A stretch of 64,000 nt of DNA from an uncultured delta proteobacterium (GCA_963789265.1 CAWBKB010000003.1:992001-1056000); one strand, 5' to 3'. Shown: positions 30,130 through 40,940, counted from the stretch's first letter. The notes: a model not told the origin generated them from the letters alone. Numbers and translations: made by a program.

Positions 30130-31359
30130 CTAACGCTTTGACAAACCAAAATCCACCGGGATTTCTTGGCCGTTTGATGTTCTCAATACTCCCGTGACCC
30201 TTCCGTTGGCATCGAGTCTTCCGCTGAACGACTGTCCGCTGTAATGGGAAGCCCGAATTTGCCCATTCTCGAACGTACCGGTGAAGTGGTAAGTATCTTC
30301 TTTTCCCAATGGGTTGGTGATCCGAAATACTCCCCTGATAATTTTGCCTTCGTGCTGCGAGATATCGAGCTTTATTCTGTTCCTCATGTAAGTCGTTTCC
30401 CAATATCCGGTAATATTATCAGTAGATTCAGAAGGTTTAACGGGAGGAGTTGCGGCAGCCGGGGCCTCCGGTTTTGCCGCAGGCGGTTCCGATTCCGAGG
30501 GAAGATCCTCTTCTGAAAAATTATGTTCTCCATGTGTTAGTTTGTTTGTCCGAATTTCTTCTTTTACTCTAGCAGTCAAAGTCTCCAATTTTTGTTTTGA
30601 TTTTGGATCTGATTCCGGACCAACGACCTTTTGCAGAAAGCTCAGCGACTCTGCCGGACGCTTGGCGAGCATGCAGACTACCGCTATGTCGTAAAGTGCG
30701 TCCGAGTTCTTCGGCTCCTTCGAAAGGACCTTTTTGAAATCTCTTATCCCCTCCTCATACCGCTCTACGGCTACGTATGCAATTCCCCTTCCCAAATAAG
30801 CATCTATCGACGAAGGATTCAACCTGATAGAGTAAGAATAATCTTCGATACCCTTCTGGGCCTTTCCGTGAAACGTGTACGCATCAGCTCGGAGCAGATA
30901 TCCGGTCGGGTCCGTAGGTGTCGCGCTTATATATTCACTCAAATCCGATATTGCTTTGTCATAATTGCCCAAGAGATCGTATGCCTGACCTCTCAGTTTG
31001 AAAGCTTCCGGAGCGGGATTTCCCCTTATTGACACAGACAGTAACCTTATGGCCCGCAAATAGTCTCCTCGCAACAGATTATCTTTTCCGATAGCCAAAT
31101 ATTCAGAAGCCCGCTCAAGGTTGCGCTGCCTTGCAATACTCTCCTGGTCAAATGACATAGCATCTGCAGGTACAAAAAGAGGTGCCACCACAGCAAGAAA
31201 GACTAAGACAGCGGCAACACTTCTGCCACGCGATACAATATTCCACAACTGACAGTCGCCTGACAGGATATGCAAACGAGCAGGCACAGGTATCAAATCA
31301 TATACGCTTCGCAGAATAGTTTTTGCCATTCTAATCCAATACGCCTTCAGGTGAGACAT
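30130..31359 (-). CDS. Exported tetratricopeptide-repeat protein with C-terminal beta-rich domain
   Basis: Several TPR units (AFKLRGQAYDLLGNYDKAISD, AYLGRGIAY); hydrophobic N-terminal segment; Pro/Ala linker; start codon uncertain. Confidence 0.8.
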   Translation of the reverse strand: MSHLKAYWIRMAKTILRSVYDLIPVPARLHILSGDCQLWNIVSRGRSVAAVLVFLAVVAPLFVPADAMSFDQESIARQRNLERASEYLAIGKDNLLRGDYLRAIRLLSVSIRGNPAPEAFKLRGQAYDLLGNYDKAISDLSEYISATPTDPTGYLLRADAYTFHGKAQKGIEDYSYSIRLNPSSIDAYLGRGIAYVAVERYEEGIRDFKKVLSKEPKNSDALYDIAVVCMLAKRPAESLSFLQKVVGPESDPKSKQKLETLTARVKEEIRTNKLTHGEHNFSEEDLPSESEPPAAKPEAPAAATPPVKPSESTDNITGYWETTYMRNRIKLDISQHEGKIIRGVFRITNPLGKEDTYHFTGTFENGQIRASHYSGQSFSGRLDANGRVTGVLRTSNGQEIPVDFGLSKR

Positions 31360-31506
31360 TTTTCAATACCGCAGTGGCGCCCGCTTCGAGCAAATCTCCT
31401 GGGCAAGGATCGTCGTGCTGCAACGAGACTGACCGGGTTTCCAAGACTTTCCGAAAGCCGCAGCTAGTACAGCCTGCACTGCGATCACTTGGCCGGGCCA
31501 TTGGTG

Positions 31507-33891
31507 TCATTCATCGACAGACAGTTCGACCTCCTGGTCTTCTCCGGAATTAATCTTAACCTGCCGAGTGAGCTTTCCGGCGGAATCGCGCTTGACCGAA
31601 GAAGGCACTACGATTGTGTATTCTCCCGGCGCGAGATCGAGCTTTTGCCCTGGCGGTGTGGTGTAGATTTTCTCTTTGCCCACCACTTCCACGGGTTCCT
31701 GTCTTAGGGCATTCAGGACTTGAGCGTAACTCCTCACCGAGGAATCCAGGTCTGCGGACCCATTGATCTTGAGAAATGTCCCGCCACTGTTTTCAGCCAG
31801 CTTCATATACGACTTTTGCTTGAACGACGGCATGCCCAGTGCCACGACGTCTATCTCGGGGCTTTCTTTCATCTTCACGAGCTTAACTTCCCGACTCATG
31901 TCAATACCAGAACACTCTGTTTGCCCATCGGTCATTATCATTATCCTGGGAACGCGGTTGCCAGTCACAGCAAAGTCATTCCTCAAGGCACGGATAATCG
32001 CATTACACGGGCTATTCCGACCGCTGAAATCAATTTGTTCGAGTCTCTGGATCAGCCCAGGTTCAGGCACAGTCATCCAGTCATTTAGAAGACGACTAAC
32101 CCGTAACGGCAAGTTCCTGTCTCCTCTTTTCAACATAACTTCATTCGAAAAAAAACGGATCGCTATGTCGGAGCCGCGCGGCATTTCAGTTTCAACCGTC
32201 CGAACAAAATCAGCAGCCGCAGCGGCCCTGTTGGGGCGCCAGTCGTCCGTCTCAATGGCCATTGTCTCCGAATTGTCCAGCATAACGAGCAACGCCCATT
32301 TTGGGGTGACTCCCTTGTAGTTCTTTACAGTGATTGTGAGGCTACCTGGAGCCGGCGGCACGGTCACGCGGGGGACGACTGCTTGCTTCGCTAGGATTTT
32401 GCTTGGTTCTGCTCTGGTGACTACGGTTTTAGCCGGAGCCTTATTCTCATGAGGGCTCGATGGAGTGGACTTGGGTCTCATTAATAGGGAAAACAGCGGA
32501 ATCTTACTCAAATAGGACTGAACATCGTCTCCTGACTGAAGGTTCTCCGGTGCCAGTGCAGGGTGAGTACCAATGAAGCACCCCAAGATGACAATTCCGA
32601 CCGCCCCGGCCAATCGAAACCAGGTCAATTTCAGATACTCTGTCGGTCGAGCCGCTTGTTTAGCGGGAAAAGGAATTAGTCCTAACAATATAAAGAAGTA
32701 CCAGCAAATTTGAGGATACAACAGGGTGTCGGTGGTTAGTGAGTGCAAAAAGCTGCCCGCTAAAGGCAACAAGAGCGCAAGCGGATGGAAGAATGTCCCC
32801 TCGACCGGTCGAAAACTCGTCCGGACCAGCCTGGTAAAGAGGACGACAATCGTAAATAGGTAGAGGATCAAGAAGGGGAAGCCCAGGTCGACCATGAAGC
32901 AGAGGAGAATATTCTCGGAGGTTATGTCCTCTTTGACACACCGAGCCAAACGTTTTGCACTCGTGTCAGGGTGCCATATCCGATAATTCTGAAGATATTT
33001 TACACGAGATGACCGTAGCCCGATTCCCAGAAAAGGGTGTTGTGTAGCGACGTGCCACGAGAATGGATACAGCTCCATCCGCAAGTCTTGGTAACGGATA
33101 CTTGAAAAGCTTTTTTTCGAAACGTGTTCTATGTAATAGGATGTTGAGCAAGACCCCATCAACAACAATACGAGCATCATGGTTACCGTGCGGTATGATT
33201 TCACCGGCGCCAGGATGGCCGCCATGAACAAAAGTAGCAGAGAAATGATGACTCCTGAATCTATGAGAGAACCGCAGATGTATAGTACAGCGTAGGCGAA
33301 CACCAGCAGAGGTACCGCAATTAATGCCGTTATAAGGGGTTTGCGCATCGCCACAAGGCTCAATGGGGCGAAACTAAGAAGAAATATCATGTTTACCAGC
33401 GGATGCGGATTCGAGTAAAGAAACTCAAAAACGCTACCTTTGGAGAAAAAACCCCAGCAGCTCAATATAAGCACGCACGCCAAAAGGCCGGCACACATAT
33501 ATGCGAAGAACTTCTGAGCACCGGTGTTCTTTAGAATTATTCTGGAGCACCAGAAGCCGCCCAGTCCGGACGCCACAAGAACGAAGCCGCGAAGTGAGGA
33601 ACTCCACGGTGTTTCACTTGTCAAGCTGCTGGCAGTGCACAGAATTACCAATCCAAGGGGTATTAGGATTTCAGCCCGACTAAGCCTGGCCCATCTATTC
33701 TTTGTCAACAATAAGGTCGAGATCAGTGCCACGGCACAAACGATCCCGGAAAAGACGTTCGTCCTTTCGCCGGGCACGATAACCCAGTAAGGCTGCAAAA
33801 GGGCCAACTGGATACAGGCAGCCACGAAGATCAGCCACACAAGCTTTTCCGCAAAAGTCAATTTCGTGATATTTGTAGAATTCGCTGTCAC
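31507..33891 (-). CDS. O-antigen ligase (Wzy_C)-like polytopic membrane protein fused to a C-terminal vWA domain
   Basis: ~12 TM segments; R.ELY...HPFLGIG...ENI.L...DLG pattern; C-terminal LVMLDNSETM, IMTDG...C and DVVALG; start uncertain (ORF open to 34032). Confidence 0.7.
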   Translation of the reverse strand: MTANSTNITKLTFAEKLVWLIFVAACIQLALLQPYWVIVPGERTNVFSGIVCAVALISTLLLTKNRWARLSRAEILIPLGLVILCTASSLTSETPWSSSLRGFVLVASGLGGFWCSRIILKNTGAQKFFAYMCAGLLACVLILSCWGFFSKGSVFEFLYSNPHPLVNMIFLLSFAPLSLVAMRKPLITALIAVPLLVFAYAVLYICGSLIDSGVIISLLLLFMAAILAPVKSYRTVTMMLVLLLMGSCSTSYYIEHVSKKSFSSIRYQDLRMELYPFSWHVATQHPFLGIGLRSSRVKYLQNYRIWHPDTSAKRLARCVKEDITSENILLCFMVDLGFPFLILYLFTIVVLFTRLVRTSFRPVEGTFFHPLALLLPLAGSFLHSLTTDTLLYPQICWYFFILLGLIPFPAKQAARPTEYLKLTWFRLAGAVGIVILGCFIGTHPALAPENLQSGDDVQSYLSKIPLFSLLMRPKSTPSSPHENKAPAKTVVTRAEPSKILAKQAVVPRVTVPPAPGSLTITVKNYKGVTPKWALLVMLDNSETMAIETDDWRPNRAAAAADFVRTVETEMPRGSDIAIRFFSNEVMLKRGDRNLPLRVSRLLNDWMTVPEPGLIQRLEQIDFSGRNSPCNAIIRALRNDFAVTGNRVPRIMIMTDGQTECSGIDMSREVKLVKMKESPEIDVVALGMPSFKQKSYMKLAENSGGTFLKINGSADLDSSVRSYAQVLNALRQEPVEVVGKEKIYTTPPGQKLDLAPGEYTIVVPSSVKRDSAGKLTRQVKINSGEDQEVELSVDE

Positions 33892-34193
33892 GGCGCAAAT
33901 GTACAGCAGCGGCCCGGCAAACGCAAGGCCGCACCTCGCCGCGGAGGACGCTGATAATTCTCCTTTCTCTGAATGCTTATCCGTTTGAACGTAGAGGCAA
34001 TTTGGACCGGACCGCACGTGCCTGTGATTCACGCGAAATTGAAGGCTCTATTCCTTTTCTCCGCGTTCTCAGCGATCTCTGCCGTGAATCCCGATTGCCC
34101 GTTGAACGCTTGCCGGTTTAAAGAAAAAAGACTTGACGGCTCGTAGGATTGTTTGTTATTTGAACACAAAGCAACGAACAATAAACTCGGAAC

Positions 34194-34766
34194 ATGGAAG
34201 ACCCAATCCTCGAATATCAAGTCCTCGATGCCGTTCATGAGAATGAAGGGCATATTACGCAGAGGCACATATCGCAGCAAACCGGCCGCAGCGTGGCTTC
34301 CGTCAACTTCGCGTTGCGGCTTCTGGCTGTGAAAGGGTATATAAAGATTTCCGGAGCCAACCCTCGTAATCTGCGATATAACCTCACCCCAACGGGCATT
34401 TTGCAGAAATCTATTCTCGCTTACAATTTTGTCAGGAGGCAAAGCGCTCTTTATGAAGAGGTCCGCAAGAATGTCTTGACTATGCTCAAAGGGTTGGCCG
34501 AGGAGGGGATCCGGAAGCTGAGCGTGTACGGCTGGACTCCTTTTACGGAAGCGGCCATGCTGTACCTTGTCTCTGAAGGCATACAGGTCACCGCGGTATA
34601 CGTGGACGCACTTGACGGAAAGAGGCCGTATTTCAATAGGATTCCCGTCCGGCTCATTTCCGAGTTCGATGACGATTGCGAAGCATTGGTGCTCATGGGG
34701 CCTTTGCCCGCTGAGTTTGATGAGCGAATCAGTACTAGAAGATTGATCTGCTACCCGGTTTGTTAA
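34194..34766 (+). CDS. EPS-associated MarR-type winged-helix regulator
   Basis: ITQRHISQQTGRSVASVNFALRLLAVKGYIKI...LRYNLTPTGILQKS; heads the glycan gene run. Confidence 0.85.
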   Translation: MEDPILEYQVLDAVHENEGHITQRHISQQTGRSVASVNFALRLLAVKGYIKISGANPRNLRYNLTPTGILQKSILAYNFVRRQSALYEEVRKNVLTMLKGLAEEGIRKLSVYGWTPFTEAAMLYLVSEGIQVTAVYVDALDGKRPYFNRIPVRLISEFDDDCEALVLMGPLPAEFDERISTRRLICYPVC

Positions 34767-34985
34767 AACTGGGCGACTAAATACGCTGACACAAAATCCA
34801 GTATATCTGAAAACTGCTGTTATGTTAAAGAGATGGCAGTTTTTTTAGAGGGCGAAGCTTGTACTAAAGCATCCTCGAAAAACGTGCCGATGCATGCTGA
34901 GTAAAATCCGTTCGACCTCGGGCAACAGCTTGCTAAGTCACGCCGAAGTGCGGAGGCAAATTCCCCTAGGCAAGGGATACGCACC

Positions 34986-35255
34986 ATGACGGAACTACAC
35001 GAAACATCTAAGCAGCCTGGGGCATCAGATCGGCCACGATCATCGGGACCTCTGCGTTTTGACGCAATCCTCGAACACGTCGATAAACTTTCAATTGAAG
35101 ATCAGGACGCGCTTAAGGATGTGATCAAACGGCGTCGCGCTGAGCTTAGAAGAGAGGCAATCGCGGAAAATGTCAGAAAGTCCCGAGAAGAATTCGCCGC
35201 GGGGCTCGTAAACCATGGCACGGTGGATGAACTGATGGAAGAGTTCGGACGTTGA
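34986..35255 (+). CDS. Small helical protein resembling antitoxins of RelE/YafQ-type modules (no toxin follows)
   Basis: FDAILEHVDKLSIEDQ...RRRAELRREAIA......EF..G....GTVDELMEE. Confidence 0.5.
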   Translation: MTELHETSKQPGASDRPRSSGPLRFDAILEHVDKLSIEDQDALKDVIKRRRAELRREAIAENVRKSREEFAAGLVNHGTVDELMEEFGR

Positions 35256-35274
35256 CAGGGTAGTGTTGGTCCCA

Positions 35275-36870
35275 ATGTCGCTGATCCGCAAAAATATCGC
35301 TGCCAACTATGCAGGGTCCTTCTGGACCGCTGTGATGAGCGTCATTTTCATACCCCTGTACATCAAATTCATGGGTATAGAGTCCTTCGCATTAGTGGGC
35401 GTGTTCGTGTCCATGCGTGCAGCGTTCAATATCTTTGACATCGGGCTGAGCGCGAGCATGACGCGGGAAATGGCACGCCTTTCAGCCGTTGATCCGACAG
35501 GTCATGAGAGACGCGATCTCGCCCGTACGCTTGAGATTATCTACTGGATCGTGGCGCTCTTGCTTGGCCTGATAGTGGTCGTCCTTGCCGGTCCCATCGC
35601 CGACTACTGGGTGAAGCCCGAGCATCTCGATCCTTCCGTAGTGAAACAGGCTATCATGATCACCGGCGCGGTTGTTGCGCTACAATGGCCGGTATCGTTT
35701 TATTCCGGCGGCCTGCGAGGGCTCGACTGCCAGGTGACGCTCAACGTCATTACGTGTGCAGGCTCAACCCTGCGGGGGTTAGGCTCCGTGGCGGTGCTAT
35801 GGTTGATCTCGCCTACAATACAGGCCTATTTCTTATTTCAGATTGCAGCCAGCGCTGTGCATACATTTTGTCTTGCCGGGGCTTTTTGGTTGTCGCTCCC
35901 GGGGCGAAATACGCCAGCCGGATTTTCTCTCGCCCATTTGAAGCGAATTTGGCGGTTTTCTGCCGGCATGACGGGCATTAGCGTGACGGGCATGTTGCTA
36001 ACGCAAACCGACAAAATAATCTTGAGTCGGATGCTTCCCCTGAAGCTATTCGGCTATTACACCCTAGCATGGACAGTCAGCGCGACCCTGCTAAGGATTA
36101 TCGACCCAGTAGACGCGGGAGTCTATCCTACGCTGACCCGACTCGCAGCCCAGAGGAATGAACGTGAGCTGAGCGACATGTATCACAAGAGCACTCAGAT
36201 GGAGGTTGTGCTGCTTGTGCCGGCCGCACTCGCATTGATTTTTTTCGGACAGTCCATTCTCTCCGTATGGTCCGGAAATGCTGAACTGGCACAAAGAACC
36301 GCGCTCATTTTGAGCATTCTTGCTATCGGCACATGCCTCAACGGCCTCGTTCACATCCCATATTTAACGCAGCTTGCTTACGGTTGGACCTCACTGGCTT
36401 TCTATCAGCAAATCGTCTCGGTCATCGTGCTCATCCCTCTCATGGTGATGCTCACGCACGCGTATCAGGGAACCGGCGCCGCATATGTTTGGGTGATTTT
36501 CAATGCTGGATACTTGCTGGCAGCTATTCAAGTCATGCATAAGCGGATTCTTCCGGGTGCGAAACGGGAATGGTATGTTTATGACGTCGGGATCCCTACC
36601 GCGGGAGCGCTAGTTGTTGCATTTGCCGGCTGGATGATCATGCCGCCGCACTTGGGTACGCTTTCGTTGGTTCTTTACCTTGGTGTGGTAAGTGGTTTGT
36701 GCCTTGTAGCAGCCGTTTGTGCTGCACCGATGGCAAGAGTGTCATTCTTGAAGGCGGGGAAGTCGCTTTTTAGCAGATTGGTCCTCCGTGGTAAATGGCC
36801 CCCCCCTCCCTGCACTACGGCAGGCCCAATGCAAGTTAAGCACGTCAGCAAAGATTATCCGCAGAGTTAG
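35275..36870 (+). CDS. wzx: Oligosaccharide flippase
   Basis: MSLIRKNIAANY, IPLYIKFMG.ESF, DIGLS, QTDKIILS..LPL..FGYYTLA; ~12-14 TM. Confidence 0.88.
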   Translation: MSLIRKNIAANYAGSFWTAVMSVIFIPLYIKFMGIESFALVGVFVSMRAAFNIFDIGLSASMTREMARLSAVDPTGHERRDLARTLEIIYWIVALLLGLIVVVLAGPIADYWVKPEHLDPSVVKQAIMITGAVVALQWPVSFYSGGLRGLDCQVTLNVITCAGSTLRGLGSVAVLWLISPTIQAYFLFQIAASAVHTFCLAGAFWLSLPGRNTPAGFSLAHLKRIWRFSAGMTGISVTGMLLTQTDKIILSRMLPLKLFGYYTLAWTVSATLLRIIDPVDAGVYPTLTRLAAQRNERELSDMYHKSTQMEVVLLVPAALALIFFGQSILSVWSGNAELAQRTALILSILAIGTCLNGLVHIPYLTQLAYGWTSLAFYQQIVSVIVLIPLMVMLTHAYQGTGAAYVWVIFNAGYLLAAIQVMHKRILPGAKREWYVYDVGIPTAGALVVAFAGWMIMPPHLGTLSLVLYLGVVSGLCLVAAVCAAPMARVSFLKAGKSLFSRLVLRGKWPPPPCTTAGPMQVKHVSKDYPQS

Positions 36871-36969
36871 AATTCTCGGCTGACATCTATCATACGCTAT
36901 TGTAGTTGGCGAGGAAGGAGTTTCATATGTCTCCTAAAATAGATCTCGGTTGGATGTTTCGGAGATTGC

Positions 36970-37777
36970 TAGTGGTCTGTCCCATAAATAGTTAGGCATA
37001 TTTATGGGTATGTGGTATGAAGCCGGCAATTCATTTGAGGGTGAAGGGGTGGCTGCTTCAATATCGCTATTTCTTGGTGATCATGATCGGGAGGAGTTGG
37101 AAGTGCTCCTTCGATCAGGGCGAACCGAACAACGGCTTGTCAGACGCATTGGTATTGTGTTGACGTTTGCAGAAGGCTTTAGTGTGAAAGGGGTGGCTCG
37201 ACGATGCGGGTGCAATATGGAGACTGCCAGATTGTGGCGGGATCGTTGGGTTCAAGGTGGATTAAAGGGGCTCTCCGATGCTCCGGGGCGGGGCCGCAAA
37301 CCCAAGTATATTAGAGAGGAGGAGGCGAAGATCATTGCGGCTACGCTGGAAGCACCGGAAGATGAAACCCACTGGAGCGCCGGAAGGCTTGCCAAGAAGG
37401 TTAAGGCAAGTAAATCGACCGTTCAACGAATCTGGGATCGCAATTCGCTTCAGCCCCATCTTCAGAAGACTTTTAAGTATAGCAACGATCCTCAACTGGT
37501 TGAGAAAGTAGTAGGTGTGGCGGGACTTTATTTAAATCCGCCTGAAAAAGCTCTGGTCTTGTCCATTGATGAGAAGAGCCAGATGCAAGCACTCAACAGG
37601 ACGCAGCCGCTTCTCCCACTGAAGCTTGGCCATCCTGAGTGCCGTACTCACGATTACGAACGAAACGGAACAACCACACTCTTTGCGGCGCTCAACGTTG
37701 CCACGGGCGAAGTAGTGGGGAAATGCAAGAAAGCTCACAAGCACCAAGATTTCCTCCATTTTCTCAGGATCATCTGA
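36970..37777 (+). mobile_element. Truncated IS630-family element (left end plus 5' part of the transposase)
   Basis: HTH, GLSDAPGRGRKP, THWS, FKYSNDP, SIDEKSQMQAL.R, THDYERNGTTTLFAAL; ends before the 2nd D and the E of the DDE triad; TA-led left end with inverted repeat CCCATAAATA/TATTTATGGG at 36981-37008. Confidence 0.88.
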
Positions 37778-37854
37778 ACAAGCAACTTGCAATCGAAAGT
37801 CCCGGTCAACCGCCCCAGATTATTAGGCATTGCTGTCTAATCTAAAGGTAGATT

Positions 37855-38844
37855 ATGAACTTAAACACATTCGTATATGAAAAGTGCATTCAATCTATTC
37901 AATCTAGGAATCCCCTCCCTAAGTATTTTTGGTTTTTGTTAAGAAAACTGCTAATCAAACTTTTTAACGACCCGGTGTGCCGGATGTCATTACATGGACG
38001 ATATCTAGAGTTCCCGCTGTCTCATGCCATGCCAATGTATCTGGTACAGTTCCCGTTCTATGATCGACTCCCTGGAAGACTAGGAGAATATGTACGGCAT
38101 AAATACGGGTATGTAAAATGCATCGATGTCGGTGCAAACATTGGTGACACAATCGCATCATTTTATCAAGAAGGTGCAGATCAAGACAAGTTTTTGGCTA
38201 TCGAGCCTAACAAGAAGTTTCTGAAATATTTATATCGTAACTGGAACCATACGGGTAATGTCACAATTCTACCTGTTGTTTGTGGGGCTAAAAGCTTAAA
38301 GAGAAGTTATACGGAAGTGGAAATGCAGGGCACTGCGTCATTTGTGTGTGATGAAAATGGTGAGGCTATAGAAACTGAGTCTCTTGGTGATATAGTAAAG
38401 GGCAAACTAGAGTTTACCGATGTCAACATTCTGAAGATCGATACTGACGGGTATGATTTTGAGGTTATTGCTGGAGCTAGCAAAGTTATAGAGAAGAATA
38501 TGCCCGTTGTATTGTTTGAATGTGCGGAGTTGTCTAATCCTAATTATGTGGAAAATTGTTTGGAGACGCTAAAGTTTTTCAAGTCCATAGGATATGAGTC
38601 TTTTTTATTCTATGACAATTTTGGAAATTTGATGGGTAGATGCTCATTATCCGATTTGTCGCACTTTCGCTATTTGTTATTTTATCAGTTGACCAGCAGA
38701 TTCCGTTATTTCGACATTCTGTTAATGAGAAGCGAAGATCTTGCGCCTTTTTTCGTAAGTGAGAGTTCTTACTTTATTGACAAGATGCCTGACAAATCGT
38801 TGCAACGGACGGCAGCAGTAGCCATAGGAGGGGTTGAACCATGA
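37855..38844 (+). CDS. FkbM-family methyltransferase
   Basis: IDVGANIGD, AIEP, LKIDTDGYDFEVI; visibly AT-rich. Confidence 0.88.
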   Translation: MNLNTFVYEKCIQSIQSRNPLPKYFWFLLRKLLIKLFNDPVCRMSLHGRYLEFPLSHAMPMYLVQFPFYDRLPGRLGEYVRHKYGYVKCIDVGANIGDTIASFYQEGADQDKFLAIEPNKKFLKYLYRNWNHTGNVTILPVVCGAKSLKRSYTEVEMQGTASFVCDENGEAIETESLGDIVKGKLEFTDVNILKIDTDGYDFEVIAGASKVIEKNMPVVLFECAELSNPNYVENCLETLKFFKSIGYESFLFYDNFGNLMGRCSLSDLSHFRYLLFYQLTSRFRYFDILLMRSEDLAPFFVSESSYFIDKMPDKSLQRTAAVAIGGVEP

Positions 38845-39029
38845 AGAAAAAAGGTGTCAAGGAAAAACTGACACCAATCTCATTCTATGGCTTAGATACA
38901 AGAGACGTAATTCGAGCTATTATGCAAGTTAGACCTGAACGGCTGAAAGAATTGGAAGAACAAGAGCGGCTAGAGAGTGTTAAAAACGCCAGAAGGAAGA
39001 TAGATTTAGAGGGTAGTATGAGTGATTGA
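38841..39029 (+). CDS. Small hypothetical protein
   Basis: 62 aa with GGAGG RBS and ATGA overlap with the upstream gene. Confidence 0.5.
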   Translation: MKKKGVKEKLTPISFYGLDTRDVIRAIMQVRPERLKELEEQERLESVKNARRKIDLEGSMSD

Positions 39030-39296
39030 CGCACTCACGGAACTACCCCCTAAAACGGTTAAGAGTTAGAATGTGCTATGAGCAAAAACAACTCTAACCA
39101 TACCCAAATGTCCAGGAGCCTGTCGCGCAACAGAATACTCGTGCTACGCGGACATGCTTTTTGGCACATATTGGGCCGCGGCGCTCAATTCGTACTTCGC
39201 GATATCGCGCGGTTATCACGCTGCCTCGCGTGGTCTGAACACCGAGAACCGTGGATCGTGGCACGATTCTGTATCCTTTGCCAGTTATGCGACAGG

Positions 39297-39479
39297 CTCC
39301 TAGGGTATATCGCTGCGACTTTGCAAAGCGAGGGCTACGATGCGAACTTGGAGGTTGACTCTTGCGGCAACCCTTGCCCACGATATGAATTTCACGAGAG
39401 ATATGAAGCTGGGCTCAAGAATGTTTAACACCCCATCTGGCTTGAAGCAGAGAGCGTGATCCGAGAATCAAAGCTTGAG
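39297..39479 (+). pseudogene. Decayed N-terminal fragment of a paralogue of the B12 radical SAM gene at 40941
   Basis: LGYIAATLQSEG-YDANLEVDS...HERYEAGLKNV*HPIWLEAESVIRESK aligns to LGYLAAVLRNEG...YDANVNSDS...RERFEAGLRDDEHPVWKEAKAVIRDTR. Confidence 0.7.
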
Positions 39480-39756
39480 GGCGCGTTGGTCATGATCGTG
39501 CAAGGCCGATTCACATTTGATACCCATGCGCTTTCAAAGGAGTGGTAATTCGTCACCCCATTCGGTGCAGTTTCGGGCAGATCTCCTGCGCTACGGACGC
39601 CATAACCTGACTGCGCTCCGGAGAATCGCCCGAAATGGCGATCAGACATGTCACATATTAGACGGGCATCGGTATGATGCAGTGTGCTCGATATCCAGCG
39701 CAGCCAAGTCGAGGCTGCGACACTTTAAGCCAATCAATCAATCGTCGGACGTTTTC

Positions 39757-40713
39757 ATGACCAGAACTATCCAAATGATCAAAGGTTTGAAGAGAGCCGC
39801 GAAAAGAATGCTCAACGTGCGCGATGTTGCTCTCCGCACGGAAATAGCTATCGATGATCTAAAAATCCTGACAGCAAGAAGTTTGATCGACAGGATAAAA
39901 TCGTACGGAATTTACGAAAGCATCCAGGACGCTGAATTCAAGGTCTTCTCTCAATTCGGTGATGACGGGATCATTCAGTACCTCATATACAACGTTGAGA
40001 TAGGTCATCGAAACTTCGTGGAATTTGGCATCGAAGACTATACTGAATCCAACACGAGATTCCTGCTCATGAATGATAACTGGAGCGGACTCGTGATGGA
40101 CGGAAACAAATCGAATATCGATCGGGTGAGACATGATGAAATGTACTGGAAATACGACCTCATCGCGATGGAAGCTTTCGTGACCCGAGAAAACATAAAT
40201 GAGTGTCTGGTGAAGAACAATTTCACGAATGAAATAGGTATACTGAGTATTGATGTTGATGGCAATGATTATTGGATATGGGAATCAATTCACGTTATAG
40301 ATCCTGTCATCGTAATAGTCGAGTATAATAGTGTCTTCGGCTACGATCACGCAATCACAATACCGTACGATCCAAATTTTATAAGGTCCGATGCCCACCG
40401 GTCTAACCTTTATTGGGGGGCCTCGCTCAGGGCAATCTGTTTACTTGCTGACAGGAAGGGATATTACTTTGTGGGCTCAAACAGCGCCGGAAACAATGCC
40501 TATTTCGTCAAGAAGGATAAAGCAGGCAACCTCAGAACTTTCGATGCCAGAACGGGATACGTGAAGTCGAAATTCAGAGAATCTCGGGATTCGCATGGAA
40601 GACTCACTTTCCTGGCTTTTGAAGATCGCTTGAAAGAAATCCGAGACAAGCAGGTCTATGATGTGGAAACAGGTATCATTGCACCAATACGTGACCTGCA
40701 AAAAAAAGTCTGA
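39757..40713 (+). CDS. FkbM-like / methyltransferase-fold protein common in glycan loci
   Basis: EFKVFSQFGDDGII, FVEFG, ESNTRFL, LSIDVDGNDYWIW, YWGASL. Confidence 0.75.
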   Translation: MTRTIQMIKGLKRAAKRMLNVRDVALRTEIAIDDLKILTARSLIDRIKSYGIYESIQDAEFKVFSQFGDDGIIQYLIYNVEIGHRNFVEFGIEDYTESNTRFLLMNDNWSGLVMDGNKSNIDRVRHDEMYWKYDLIAMEAFVTRENINECLVKNNFTNEIGILSIDVDGNDYWIWESIHVIDPVIVIVEYNSVFGYDHAITIPYDPNFIRSDAHRSNLYWGASLRAICLLADRKGYYFVGSNSAGNNAYFVKKDKAGNLRTFDARTGYVKSKFRESRDSHGRLTFLAFEDRLKEIRDKQVYDVETGIIAPIRDLQKKV

Positions 40714-40940
40714 TCGCTAATTCGATGCAGCAAGTGGGTTTTATCCACGGCTGCATTCGCAGAGCTTGAGCATTGATAGCCAATCAATCACAAAAGTTCC
40801 CCTACCCGGAATTGCCCTTATGGGAGCGAGATTTCTCGCACGAGGCGGGGTGGTTAAGTGATAGAAGATACACTTGAAGGCTTGGTCCTTGTTTTTAATA
40901 AATTCGGCCAGTTTGGTGATTTTATGGGAGTTTTATCAAC

